Below, in pieces: positions 15,201 to 23,180 of a DNA stretch of 29,092 bases. The stretch's first letter is position 1. Each line of letters begins with the position of its first letter. A program made the position numbers and the translations under genes. The notes under the pieces are model-generated. The model was not told the origin of the DNA. It saw only the letters and a list, made by a program, of their open reading frames with translations, and made no database searches. The DNA is from a virus (lineage: Duplodnaviria > Caudoviricetes): the IMG/VR virus record IMGVR_UViG_3300006851_000019, positions 1-29,092 of that record; one strand, written 5' to 3'.

Positions 15201-16867
15201 TTCGAGTGATGGAGGCATTATCAAGGGATTTACTCACACCATTTGATAATACTCCTTCACAATTCGAATCCATTGGACGAGACGCAATGTCTGGATTCAA
15301 CAGAGGACTATCAGCGGGGGAAGCGCAAGTGATGGCGACTGCTAGAAGAATAGCGAACAGCGCGGCGGAAACCATGCGAAGAGCATTAGATACTCATTCC
15401 CCTTCTAAAGTAACCATGGAAATCGGTGAAGATGTCGGCGAAGGTCTGGCTATCGGAATCGAAAACAAGCAAAAAGAAGTAGATATGGTCACGGAGCGCA
15501 TGACGAACGCTATCATCAAGACGACGGAGGAAATGCACGAGGAGATTGAGTCTCTCGAAGAAGCGTCAAAAGAAGAAATTCTTGCTATTGAAGAAGAATA
15601 CGCTCGTAAGATTGAACAGATTAAAAAAGATGAATTCGAGAATTCGAAGAAATGGATTGACCAGCGTAAATACTACAACAATCTCTCGTTAATTGAAGAA
15701 CTTCAAGCGTGGGAAAGAATCCAAGCGAGATATGCAGGAGGTACCGAACAGCGAATCGAAGCAGATCGTCAAGTCTATCGCATGCGAAAGGAAATCACAG
15801 AAGAATTAACGTCCATCAACGAAGAATACATGGATAAAATGCAGGACGTTATGGACCGAGAAGCGCAAGAGGTGCAACGTCTCACAGAAGAATATGAAAA
15901 AGCTGTCGATGACCGTGCGAAATCTCTCTACAACTTCGCCGGTCTTTTTGATGAAATAAATAACGAGTCGGAAGTGTCCGGGCGGGAGCTTATGGCGAAC
16001 CTCCAAGACCAGGTCGATACATTTGCTGAATGGTCGGATAACATCAGAGAGTTAGCTGAAAGAGGGGTCAATGAAGGCCTCCTTGCTGAATTACGTGACA
16101 TGGGACCACGAGCAGCAGTAGAGATTAAAGCACTTACTTCTCTATCGGACGCGCAGCTGGAAGAATACCAGTCGTTATGGCTAGAAAAAAGTACATTGGC
16201 ACGTGAGCAGGCAACAGCTGAATTAGAGTGGCTAAAAGAGGACACTGAGGAGCAGATTGAAGAGATCAACAAGAATTCAGAGGAACAGCTAGAGGAATTA
16301 CGCGCTGAATGGGAAACAAAAATAAAACAAATCCGTCATGGCACTGTAAAAGAATTCAATGTGATGAAAGATGATATGTATGATATCAGCCTTCAAGCGA
16401 TGAATGGAATGATAAGCGGTCTTGAGTCCAAGCGCGGGGAATTACTTGCTAGAGCACGTTCGATTGTGAGAGAAGTCCAACAAGTCATGTCGAGAGCGCT
16501 TGATATCCGTTCTCCATCACGGTGGATGAGAGATGAAATTGGTAAAAATATGATACTTGGTTGGATAGAAGGTATTGACGCTGAGAGGGTTGCCATGCTC
16601 AGAAAAGCAAGCGAAATGGCCGAGTGGATGAAGCCACCATCCATATTTACATCCACACCAGAGCAAGCGTTAGGCGTGTCTCGTATGGCTTATACAGGTG
16701 GCTTAGGTGCTACAGGCGGAGGAAACTCTATCACGAATACACACAGCAACGCATACAATCCTACTTTCAATAACTATTTCACTCGTGACGAATCAACGCC
16801 AAGTGAAGTGGCTCGTAAGAATAAGCAGCAATCCCAACGTTGGGCGATGGAAATGGGGATGATCTAA
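12281..16867 (+). CDS. Tape measure protein (1528 aa)
   Basis: MADG.I.I start, AISRFDTL..FP tape-measure domain, hydrophobic segments, coiled coils, three xSPS repeats. Confidence 0.95.
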   Translation: MADGNIRISIDVDGRQVNVASKELDNLGAAGQKSGQGVKETEESLKGVGDQSNKASGGIRKFATALGLVAIGAAAFKVLRGSMDDAISRFDTLNQFPRVLEGLGVSAEEAERSTTRLAEGIDGLPTLLDDIAGTAQRMYTSFNDMDKATDSALALNNALLASGASTADAQRGTDQYIKALQTGQMDMQTWQSLQQTMNLGLVKVAESFNMTEQQLYEALQNGQISIYDFNDAMIELGTGTGVLADLARENSTGIATSFSNLRVAAARGIAHVIEKLDQLSQNVTGNTIAENIDSMKDIVFSAFEMIGSVIESTTPVFLFFADGVAMAIPVVQALTPAIVGLMSAYAAYTVITKVTATIQASNAVLRTATAAKTGLTLATQAQITAQAASATATKAETVAIAAKTGTVKLSTLAIGVMTGTISASTAAKTLATAASYALGAAWRFLLGPIGWIVAGIGAIVTATIAVVKWFNRTSEEAERLNDETENLGSSTEALVDSINSSSEAYQNNQRDIRTTAEANQELMNKVEELAEKENKSAAEKQMLSSYIDELNNSVEGLNLAYDEEANALNLSSEEMRARIELMREQEKAQEAQERLTEILREQSEVEQQLAETTELREEWNRKLEEGAVTGREHQQALKELEEQEQTLKETNDELANQYEEAKATMSTAMENVTEAVENGVILQTLAFEDLSEAQQQIVDDMSSKWEEYKDAATDMFNTLSDEVEITASEMADNLEENQRIISEWADNIAILAERGVDEGLLDTLREAGPESAGHVNALVNASDSELERLSEAFSQGGETATEALSKSLGIEESGVMDAISHLVTDTEDSLRQQVESAGFEEIGGSVPEGLAEGIESGSGEAENASRQMADDTTDAAKGSLGINSPSTVFLEIGGNVTEGLALGITQGSSNVLRAVQDMFNSVQRESIRSFENITSDYDSAVDDIEESLQRLPEVTIEAMDNMLDRLNDGADSHVRVMEALSRDLLTPFDNTPSQFESIGRDAMSGFNRGLSAGEAQVMATARRIANSAAETMRRALDTHSPSKVTMEIGEDVGEGLAIGIENKQKEVDMVTERMTNAIIKTTEEMHEEIESLEEASKEEILAIEEEYARKIEQIKKDEFENSKKWIDQRKYYNNLSLIEELQAWERIQARYAGGTEQRIEADRQVYRMRKEITEELTSINEEYMDKMQDVMDREAQEVQRLTEEYEKAVDDRAKSLYNFAGLFDEINNESEVSGRELMANLQDQVDTFAEWSDNIRELAERGVNEGLLAELRDMGPRAAVEIKALTSLSDAQLEEYQSLWLEKSTLAREQATAELEWLKEDTEEQIEEINKNSEEQLEELRAEWETKIKQIRHGTVKEFNVMKDDMYDISLQAMNGMISGLESKRGELLARARSIVREVQQVMSRALDIRSPSRWMRDEIGKNMILGWIEGIDAERVAMLRKASEMAEWMKPPSIFTSTPEQALGVSRMAYTGGLGATGGGNSITNTHSNAYNPTFNNYFTRDESTPSEVARKNKQQSQRWAMEMGMI

Positions 16868-16868
16868 T

Positions 16869-17744
16869 TTGTTTAAACTCATATTTATAAATTCAAGAGG
16901 TGAAAACATTGAATTGTTCGGTCGCCCCTATCGTTTGACGAGAGTGGAGGGACTAGGCGACGTCGGAGCAGATGTGCAGACACAAAAAGCACCGTACCAA
17001 GATGGGGAAAGTCTCATTGATACGGTGCTAGAGCCTCGTTTCATGACGCTCGAATTAAAGATTGTCGGTACAGATTTAGCAGATGTTGAAGAGAAACGGA
17101 GACGACTATCGACTGTTTTTAATCCAAAATTACAGCTGGGAACTCTTAGATATGTAAGGGGCGACATGGTTCGGGAGATAAAAGTAGTTGCTGAGTCTGT
17201 TCCTGTCTTCCCAGACGGACCAACAAACCGGGGACGAACGTTTCAAAAAGTGCTAATTAATATGGTCGCCCCCAATCCTTATTGGCAATCACCAACTATC
17301 GAAGAACAGCCTGCATACGAAGATTTATTTGAATGGCCATCCGACTATTGGGAATTAGGCGATGACGGCGACATCTACTTCGAAATGGGACTACAACGAA
17401 CAGAAAGAATTATTTTCAATGACAGCGATAGACCTATCCCATTCCAAGTTGATTTTTACGGACCGGCAGAAAGGCCGATGATTGAAAACCGCACAACAGG
17501 TGAATTTATGCAGATTAACAGACGTTTAGAAGAAAATGAAATACTCAAAATTGACACGGATGAAAAATCAGTCATTTTCGTGGACCAAGAGGGAAATGAA
17601 ACAAATGTGTTCAATTGGCTAGATTTAGGCAGCACATTCTTTGATTTACAGTTAGGAGAAAATGAGATCGCTTGTAATTGCGTCGTGTCCAGTCTTGGGA
17701 GAGACTTCGATATTTATTATCAGAAGCAATATACAGCGGTTTAA
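16869..17744 (+). CDS. Distal tail protein (Dit, siphovirus tail family)
   Basis: Follows the TMP; APYQDG, VFNPKL..G.L.Y, APNPYW, LQLGENEI motifs. Confidence 0.88.
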   Translation: MFKLIFINSRGENIELFGRPYRLTRVEGLGDVGADVQTQKAPYQDGESLIDTVLEPRFMTLELKIVGTDLADVEEKRRRLSTVFNPKLQLGTLRYVRGDMVREIKVVAESVPVFPDGPTNRGRTFQKVLINMVAPNPYWQSPTIEEQPAYEDLFEWPSDYWELGDDGDIYFEMGLQRTERIIFNDSDRPIPFQVDFYGPAERPMIENRTTGEFMQINRRLEENEILKIDTDEKSVIFVDQEGNETNVFNWLDLGSTFFDLQLGENEIACNCVVSSLGRDFDIYYQKQYTAV

Positions 17745-17755
17745 GGAGTGGTAAA

Positions 17756-19432
17756 GTGGCCGAACGTTATTTATTCTTCAATAGTATAGATGTAGATAGA
17801 CGGAGATACGGAGCACAAGACTTTGCTGACTACTTCGGCAGTGTGCTATCAACAGGTGTGCTTCATACCGACGAGGAACCAGGATTAATGGTCTCGGTTG
17901 AACAAGGGACAATGAACACAGTCATACAGCCTGGTAAATCAATTATGAAAGGGCACCTGTACGAAAACACAACGCCTCTTACACTTACACACAGCATACC
18001 TGAAGCAACCACAGATAGGATTGATAGGATTGTGTTACGCCTTGATTTAAGACAGTCAGAGAGGAACATCATGCTCCATGTGAAAGAGGGTGATAATTCA
18101 ACAAATCCTACACCACCAGCTTTACAGCGGGATGAATTGATATATGAAATTTCTCTTGCGCAGATTTACGTTCATCGAGGAACATCTACATTACAGCCCG
18201 TGGATTTAGTTGACGAGCGTTTAGATGAAGAGCTATGCGGTTTAGTTTCTTCGTTAATCAGCATACCGTCAGATCAATTGCAGACGTGGATACTCGCTAA
18301 GATTGATGACTTAAATATAGAAGCGGATGAGTTTGAGGAATTTTTGAACGATCTAATGCAGCGATATCAAGATAGATTAGCACAATGGGAACAAGATTGG
18401 CAGGATTGGTTTAACGATCAACAGAGCGAGAGTTTTATTTTGCAGAATGAGAAAGGGCAACCAGGTGGAGTTCCTGAGCTTGATGAAAATGGAGAAGTGC
18501 CAATTGGGCAGCTTCCTCCGATGAATTATGTACCAACAACAGAAAAAGGTGCCCCGGGCGGGGTTGCGACATTAGATAGTTCAGGAAATGTGAAACAAAG
18601 CGTCCCAAACCTTGGGAATCCTAAATATGTTCAAACATTCACTTCATCTGGTACGTGGACTAAACCGTCGGATATTACGACTGTTTACGTTGAAGTATTA
18701 GGAGCAGGTGGAGGGGGAGGGGGTGCACATGGATACACTGGTAGAGATAGAAGAGCCGGAGCAGGTGGTGGTGGAGGAGGCGCTTTATCTATCGGATTTT
18801 TTAAAGCGTCGGACCTTCTTAACACTGTAACTATAACTGTAGGAGCAGGAGGGCAAGGGGGAGCACCCGGTAGCACTTCTGGGGAAAACGGCACTACCGG
18901 AGGACAGTCAAGTTTTGTATCGGGAGGAATATCTATAAGTGCTTCGGGAGGTCGCGGTGGCCGAGGTACGGTGCATTCAACCAATAGTGTAAATGGCGGG
19001 CCTGGAGCTCCCCACTCGTCAGATATTTTCAATTCGTTACCCGGTGGACAAGGTTCTGAAGGATCGAATAGCCCATCAGAAGCGTTGGACACACTCATGT
19101 CTGCTCCGGGCGGCGGTTCGGGAGTCGGGGTTGGAAGCGGAAGAGATTGGACTAACGAAGGCTCTCCCGGCGGAACGTGTCTTTATTCGGGCCTTCCCCG
19201 AAGGCAAGGTGCTAGTGGGTATGGAAGAGATGGTTTGAACGGAACTAACAGCAATAATTGGATTGCTGGTAGCGCCGGTAGTGGTGGTACTGGAGGAGGA
19301 TCCGGTTATACCGGAGGAAACGGAGGAAATGGCGGTAGAGGTGCCGGTGGTGCTGGTGGTTCAGTCGGTTATGATGGCGGTGGGCGTGGAGGCAATGGGG
19401 GTAATGGATGTGTGAGAATATGGGCGTGGTAA
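17756..19432 (+). CDS. Baseplate-anchored tail fibre / receptor-binding protein with C-terminal glycine-rich domain
   Basis: SD AAGGAG then GTG 17756; FFNS...DRR.Y.A.DFA.YF and RIDRIVLRLD N-terminal domain; TFTSSGTWTKP...VEVLGAGGGGG Gly-rich domain. Confidence 0.85.
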   Translation: MAERYLFFNSIDVDRRRYGAQDFADYFGSVLSTGVLHTDEEPGLMVSVEQGTMNTVIQPGKSIMKGHLYENTTPLTLTHSIPEATTDRIDRIVLRLDLRQSERNIMLHVKEGDNSTNPTPPALQRDELIYEISLAQIYVHRGTSTLQPVDLVDERLDEELCGLVSSLISIPSDQLQTWILAKIDDLNIEADEFEEFLNDLMQRYQDRLAQWEQDWQDWFNDQQSESFILQNEKGQPGGVPELDENGEVPIGQLPPMNYVPTTEKGAPGGVATLDSSGNVKQSVPNLGNPKYVQTFTSSGTWTKPSDITTVYVEVLGAGGGGGGAHGYTGRDRRAGAGGGGGGALSIGFFKASDLLNTVTITVGAGGQGGAPGSTSGENGTTGGQSSFVSGGISISASGGRGGRGTVHSTNSVNGGPGAPHSSDIFNSLPGGQGSEGSNSPSEALDTLMSAPGGGSGVGVGSGRDWTNEGSPGGTCLYSGLPRRQGASGYGRDGLNGTNSNNWIAGSAGSGGTGGGSGYTGGNGGNGGRGAGGAGGSVGYDGGGRGGNGGNGCVRIWAW

Positions 19433-19445
19433 GGAGTGTTCAACG

Positions 19446-19709
19446 TTGATAAAAGCAGTTATAAAAAAAGGGATTGTTGTTAATAAAATAGTCGCTGATA
19501 ATAGCTTTGAAGTTGAGGGCGCAATTCTTGTTGATGTTATAGAAGGAAACGTAAATATTGGAGATAGATACGAAAAAATAGACGGAGAATATGTTTTTAT
19601 CAAGGATGAGGATGATACAACATCCGAACCCGCCGAAACGGAACTATTAACAGACTACATTCTCGATATTGATTACCGAGTGACTTTAATGGAATTAAGT
19701 TTACTATAA
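19446..19709 (+). CDS. Small tail-fibre-associated protein
   Basis: AVI..G.V.N.IV start typical of genes after Gly-rich fibres; C-terminal D.DYRVTL.EL. Confidence 0.7.
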   Translation: MIKAVIKKGIVVNKIVADNSFEVEGAILVDVIEGNVNIGDRYEKIDGEYVFIKDEDDTTSEPAETELLTDYILDIDYRVTLMELSLL

Positions 19710-19725
19710 AATAGGAGGAATCAAA

Positions 19726-19881
19726 ATGACATTAACTTACAGAGCGTGTAAATCGCAAATCGAAAGGAAATCCTATGCTACCAAGGAAGATATGCATCAA
19801 AAATTAGATATTTTCTTGATCGGTGACAGAATAACGCAAGATGAATATAAGGAATTGACGGACCTACTAAACGCCGAATAG
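19726..19881 (+). CDS. XkdX-like small protein (51 aa), missed by the ORF track
   Basis: SD AGGAGG then ATG; MTLTYRACKSQIERKSYATKEDMHQKLDIFLIGDRITQDEYKELTDLLNAE, with the RIT..EY.EL motif. Confidence 0.8.
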   Translation: MTLTYRACKSQIERKSYATKEDMHQKLDIFLIGDRITQDEYKELTDLLNAE

Positions 19882-19892
19882 GCGTATTTTTT
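19871..19892 (+). terminator. Intrinsic terminator after the XkdX-like gene
   Basis: ACGCC-GAATA-GGCGT followed by ATTTTTT. Confidence 0.65.
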
Positions 19893-19914
19893 ATGCCTGA
19901 AAAGGGGTGAGTGA

Positions 19915-21075
19915 ATGAAACTACCCATCCGAATCATGACACGAGACTTCGATCTACTAGGTGAAATTGATAGTTATGAATCCCTGCAAATAGAGCGAAG
20001 CTGGCACGGAATCGGCATGATTGAAATGCTTGTCAATCGATATAAAAAACACACGGATAAGCTACAGCGCGGTCACATCATCTTCCCGCACAATCACACC
20101 AATAAAGCATACGTCATCCGTCATAAAGAGATTGAGCTAGATGAACGGGGTAAGATCACCGAGAACTGGGTTATTCGTGCTTTGTCGTTAAAGTCGTGGC
20201 TGGCACAACGTTTAACCTTTCCGCCAGACCATACAGCATATGACAGGCGGCAAGGAAATGCCGAAACGATCATGTTGCATTATGTAGCTAATAATGTTAC
20301 GAATCCAACCGACAGCGCTCGAACCCTACCCGATATTGTGCTAGCGAATAATCTCAATCGTGGACCGCATATTGATTGGCAATCTCGATACAAGAATCTT
20401 GCAGAGGAATTGGAAGAGATTGGATTACTGTCGGGGCTTGGCTGGAATATCGACATTGATTATGAAAATAAACAATATGTATTTCGAGTGCTTGAAGGAC
20501 GTAATTTAGTAGCCACTCAATCGGAATTACCACCTGCAATATTTAGCCCGGAATTTAATACATTAGGAGAGCTTAAATACACCGAGTCAGAAATAGACTA
20601 TAAAAACTATGCTGTCGTAGCAGGACAAGGAGAAGGCGTTGATAGGCGTATTATCCACGTAGGAGATAGCGAAGGATTCGATCGTTATGAGTTATTTGTA
20701 GACGCTAGGGACGTCGAAGAAGAAATGGAAGAAGATGATGAGCGTGTCCCTCGTCCAGTAGAAGATATAGAAGCTGATTTAGAGAACAGAGGTCAGCAGA
20801 AGCTAGCAGAACACGAACAGGAAATATACATGGAAGGACAGTCTCTTTCGAAATCACGGCTTATATATGAACGCGATTATGACTTGGGCGATATGGTTAC
20901 TCTCCAAAATCGCGGCTGGGGTATCACATCTGACACCAGGATCACAGAAGTAAGCGAAATTTATGAAAAGGGTCGTCATCGACGAATTGAGCTTACGTTC
21001 GGCAATGACAGGCCGACATTGATAGATAAGATCAGGCAAGAGTTAAATGGGATGAAAATAGAGATGACTAGATAA
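19915..21075 (+). CDS. Siphovirus ReqiPepy6 Gp37-like tail protein (Tal/hub-like)
   Basis: LLGEID.YESL...R.W.G.G, N.AVVAGQGEG.DR, G.DR.ELFVDARD, Y..DYDLGD.VT motifs. Confidence 0.85.
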   Translation: MKLPIRIMTRDFDLLGEIDSYESLQIERSWHGIGMIEMLVNRYKKHTDKLQRGHIIFPHNHTNKAYVIRHKEIELDERGKITENWVIRALSLKSWLAQRLTFPPDHTAYDRRQGNAETIMLHYVANNVTNPTDSARTLPDIVLANNLNRGPHIDWQSRYKNLAEELEEIGLLSGLGWNIDIDYENKQYVFRVLEGRNLVATQSELPPAIFSPEFNTLGELKYTESEIDYKNYAVVAGQGEGVDRRIIHVGDSEGFDRYELFVDARDVEEEMEEDDERVPRPVEDIEADLENRGQQKLAEHEQEIYMEGQSLSKSRLIYERDYDLGDMVTLQNRGWGITSDTRITEVSEIYEKGRHRRIELTFGNDRPTLIDKIRQELNGMKIEMTR

Positions 21076-21103
21076 AAAAGAAGCACTCTCAAGAATGCTT
21101 CTT
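21074..21103 (-). terminator. Terminator with T-tract on the minus strand (possibly bidirectional)
   Basis: AAGAAGCA...TGCTTCTT inverted repeat preceded by an A run on the plus strand. Confidence 0.6.
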
Positions 21104-21181
21104 CACCATCTCCATATGATGGTACACAGTCAGCGCAACCAGAACTAAATTTAGGGTCACAATCAAACGAGAATCAGACAT
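21089..21181 (-). CDS. Small hydrophobic peptide (30 aa) MSDSRLIVTLNLVLVALTVYHHMEMVKKHS
   Basis: SD-like AAAGTGGTGA, ATG, single hydrophobic stretch, basic tail; stop lies within a minus-strand terminator. Confidence 0.5.
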   Translation of the reverse strand: MSDSRLIVTLNLVLVALTVYHHMEMVKKHS

Positions 21182-21228
21182 TTTATCACCACTTTTTTAT
21201 TTAGTGTGTGATTATTTTTTATTTTTAT

Positions 21229-21255
21229 GTAGGATTTACGTCCCTCCTGTCGAAT
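21229..21255 (+). promoter_or_regulatory. Sigma-H-type promoter for ORF 21279
   Basis: GTAGGATTT-N11-GTCGAAT, a close match to the RNAGGAWWW-N11/12-RNNGAAT consensus. Confidence 0.75.
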
Positions 21256-21278
21256 AGGTAGATGGGAGGGGGATATTA

Positions 21279-21596
21279 ATGAATGAAGAAACACCTTTAA
21301 CGGTAGAGGCTATTGAAAATGAAATACGGATTAGCGAAGAGGTAATTAATGATTTTGAAAAGCGTTTGGAGCGCTTAACAGAGGAATACAAGGCGCTTAC
21401 CGAACGGCTTATTGTATTAAGGGCTGTTAATGATAAAATTGGGAACAACGGCACAAAAGTTTTAGTAGAAGAAAACATTAGATATATTGCAGATGAGCGT
21501 TTTAAGTTAATTCCAGAAATTAAGGGAAAAAGGGCAAATATAGAACATTACCGTAAAATTATAGACAAATTAAACGAGATAAAAAACGAACTTTAA
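21279..21596 (+). CDS. Hypothetical coiled-coil moron protein (105 aa)
   Basis: SD GGAGGGGG, heptad pattern, own promoter and terminator. Confidence 0.8.
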   Translation: MNEETPLTVEAIENEIRISEEVINDFEKRLERLTEEYKALTERLIVLRAVNDKIGNNGTKVLVEENIRYIADERFKLIPEIKGKRANIEHYRKIIDKLNEIKNEL

Positions 21597-21620
21597 GCAT
21601 CCTTTACAGGGTGCTTTTTT
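21595..21620 (+). terminator. Intrinsic terminator
   Basis: AAGCATCCT-TTAC-AGGGTGCTT followed by a T run. Confidence 0.75.
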
Positions 21621-21670
21621 ATTTACGCAGAGACAAGAGGGGGAAAGTAACCTCCTAAAGGAGGCTAAGA

Positions 21671-21886
21671 ATGGGGTTTGCAGAGGTGGACAATGCAGTC
21701 ATACAGTTTTTTCTCACACAGGGACCGTTCGCGGTCCTTTTTGTTTGGCTTTTGGTCTATGTGATGAGGAAAAACTCAGAAAGAGAAACGCGGTTACATG
21801 ACACCTTAGACCGTTTTGCCGAGAAATATGATGTTGTGGTCGATGAGTTAAAAAAAATTCGAGAGAGACTAGGTAGGAGGGATTAG
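21671..21886 (+). CDS. BhlA/UviB-family holin-like protein
   Basis: TQGPFAVLFVWLL.YV...N..RE.RL motif. Confidence 0.88.
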   Translation: MGFAEVDNAVIQFFLTQGPFAVLFVWLLVYVMRKNSERETRLHDTLDRFAEKYDVVVDELKKIRERLGRRD

Positions 21887-21887
21887 G

Positions 21888-22154
21888 ATGAACGAAATAT
21901 TAGCGATGGCGTCTGTCATAGCGCCAGTGACAACGGGAATTGTCGGATTGGTGAAAAAGTCGGGGGTTTCTCATCGTTTTATACCGTTGATGGCTCTTAT
22001 TGTCGGTGTGCTATTGGGCGCAGCGGCTTTTTCTTTTACTGATTTGTATTTTGTTGACAGGCTTTGGGCGGGGATTATTTCGGGGCTTGCTTCTGTGGGG
22101 CTTTTCGAATTAGGCAAGCAGGCGAAGAAAGGAGATAAGAGAAATGACAAATAA
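21888..22154 (+). CDS. Holin
   Basis: Hydrophobic segments; R.WAG..SGL.S.GLFE motif; basic C-terminus; upstream of the endolysin. Confidence 0.88.
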   Translation: MNEILAMASVIAPVTTGIVGLVKKSGVSHRFIPLMALIVGVLLGAAAFSFTDLYFVDRLWAGIISGLASVGLFELGKQAKKGDKRNDK

Positions 22155-22269
22155 AACAGAATGCTCCATCTGTACGAAAGAAATTGACGTGATGGGAGAA
22201 TTCAACGGTGAACCAATGTGTCAGGACTGTTACCACGATCCAGAGAATGAGGTGTTTACGGATGACTAA
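22144..22269 (+). CDS. 41-aa CxxC-CxxC zinc-finger-like microprotein, missed by the ORF track
   Basis: SD AAGGAG, ATG 22144; MTNKTECSICTKEIDVMGEFNGEPMCQDCYHDPENEVFTDD; overlaps both the holin stop and the endolysin start. Confidence 0.7.
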   Translation: MTNKTECSICTKEIDVMGEFNGEPMCQDCYHDPENEVFTDD

Positions 22270-23143
22270 GATTTTTTTAGATCCTGGCCACGGAGGGCAG
22301 GACCCGGGCGCTACCGGTCACGGGCTCAGAGAAAAAGATATCGTTTTAACAATTTCTCGCTTTGCAAGAGAATATCTGGAAGCCAATTATCCTGGCGTCT
22401 CGGTCAAGATGAGCCGTACTGACGACAGATATGTCTCTCTTTCTCAACGTGCTAGTGACGCTAACAGATGGGGAGCTGATGTATTCGCTAGTATCCATAT
22501 TAACGCAGCGGTAAGCACAGCGAATGGGTACGAGGACTTTATTTTTAACGGTAATGTAAGTAATGACACTCATCAATTACAAAATGCGATACACAATAAA
22601 TTATCGCCATTTTTTCCAACAAATCGAGGGAAGAAGCGTGCTAATTTTGCGGTATTGCGTCAAACAAATATGCCTGCCGTATTAACAGAAAGCGGATTTA
22701 TAACGAACAAGCGTGACGCTGATTTTCTGAGAAAAACAAGTAATCTAAAGAAACTTGGACAGGCGCATGCGAAAGGAATTGCTGATTTTCTTGGATTGGA
22801 TAAGAAAGCAAGCGTAAACAAAAAGGAGGTAAAATACATGGATCCTAGCAGCCCTGCATTACGAAAAGACTTTGAAGAAAAGTTAATTCGTGCAGTAAGA
22901 CGTGGAATCATCGACAATAGCCATGTTGAACAATACAAAAATGGCACTCTTGAACAATCTAATGCCATTGCGCTCACTATGCTCATCCTTAGCCAAGAAC
23001 CAAGTACACAAGTTTATGACGCTCACAAGGAAGCGTGGGAGAAAGCAGAACAAAAAGGAATCATGAATGGAGAGCGGCCGAACCATCCACTCACAAGGTC
23101 GGAATTCGCGACTGTGGCTAATCGCGTCGGATTGTTGGATTAA
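22262..23143 (+). CDS. Endolysin: N-acetylmuramoyl-L-alanine amidase (Amidase_3) plus C-terminal SLH-like wall-binding region
   Basis: IFLDPGHGG.DPGA, EK, SIH.NA, PAVLTE.GF motifs; C-terminal GIMNG.RP..PLTR.EFA; SD GAGGTG before ATG 22262. Confidence 0.93.
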   Translation: MTKIFLDPGHGGQDPGATGHGLREKDIVLTISRFAREYLEANYPGVSVKMSRTDDRYVSLSQRASDANRWGADVFASIHINAAVSTANGYEDFIFNGNVSNDTHQLQNAIHNKLSPFFPTNRGKKRANFAVLRQTNMPAVLTESGFITNKRDADFLRKTSNLKKLGQAHAKGIADFLGLDKKASVNKKEVKYMDPSSPALRKDFEEKLIRAVRRGIIDNSHVEQYKNGTLEQSNAIALTMLILSQEPSTQVYDAHKEAWEKAEQKGIMNGERPNHPLTRSEFATVANRVGLLD

Positions 23144-23147
23144 GGCA

Positions 23148-23180
23148 GAGCAGGGGCTTATCCCTGCTCATTATTTATTT
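23148..23180 (+). terminator. Terminator after the endolysin
   Basis: GAGCAGGGG-CTTA-TCCCTGCTC followed by a T-rich tract. Confidence 0.7.

Noticed and set aside
12373-16656. Numerous minus-strand ORFs within the tape measure gene (and similar shadow ORFs in other long genes)
   Set aside because: Ser/Leu-rich antisense shadows of the coding strand with no recognisable motifs
17756-19432. Diversity-generating retroelement target in the fibre gene
   Set aside because: No reverse transcriptase and no template/variable repeat pair seen in the window
22208-22261. Longer N-terminus for the endolysin
   Set aside because: This stretch is occupied by the zinc-finger microprotein in another frame; SD GAGGTG supports ATG 22262
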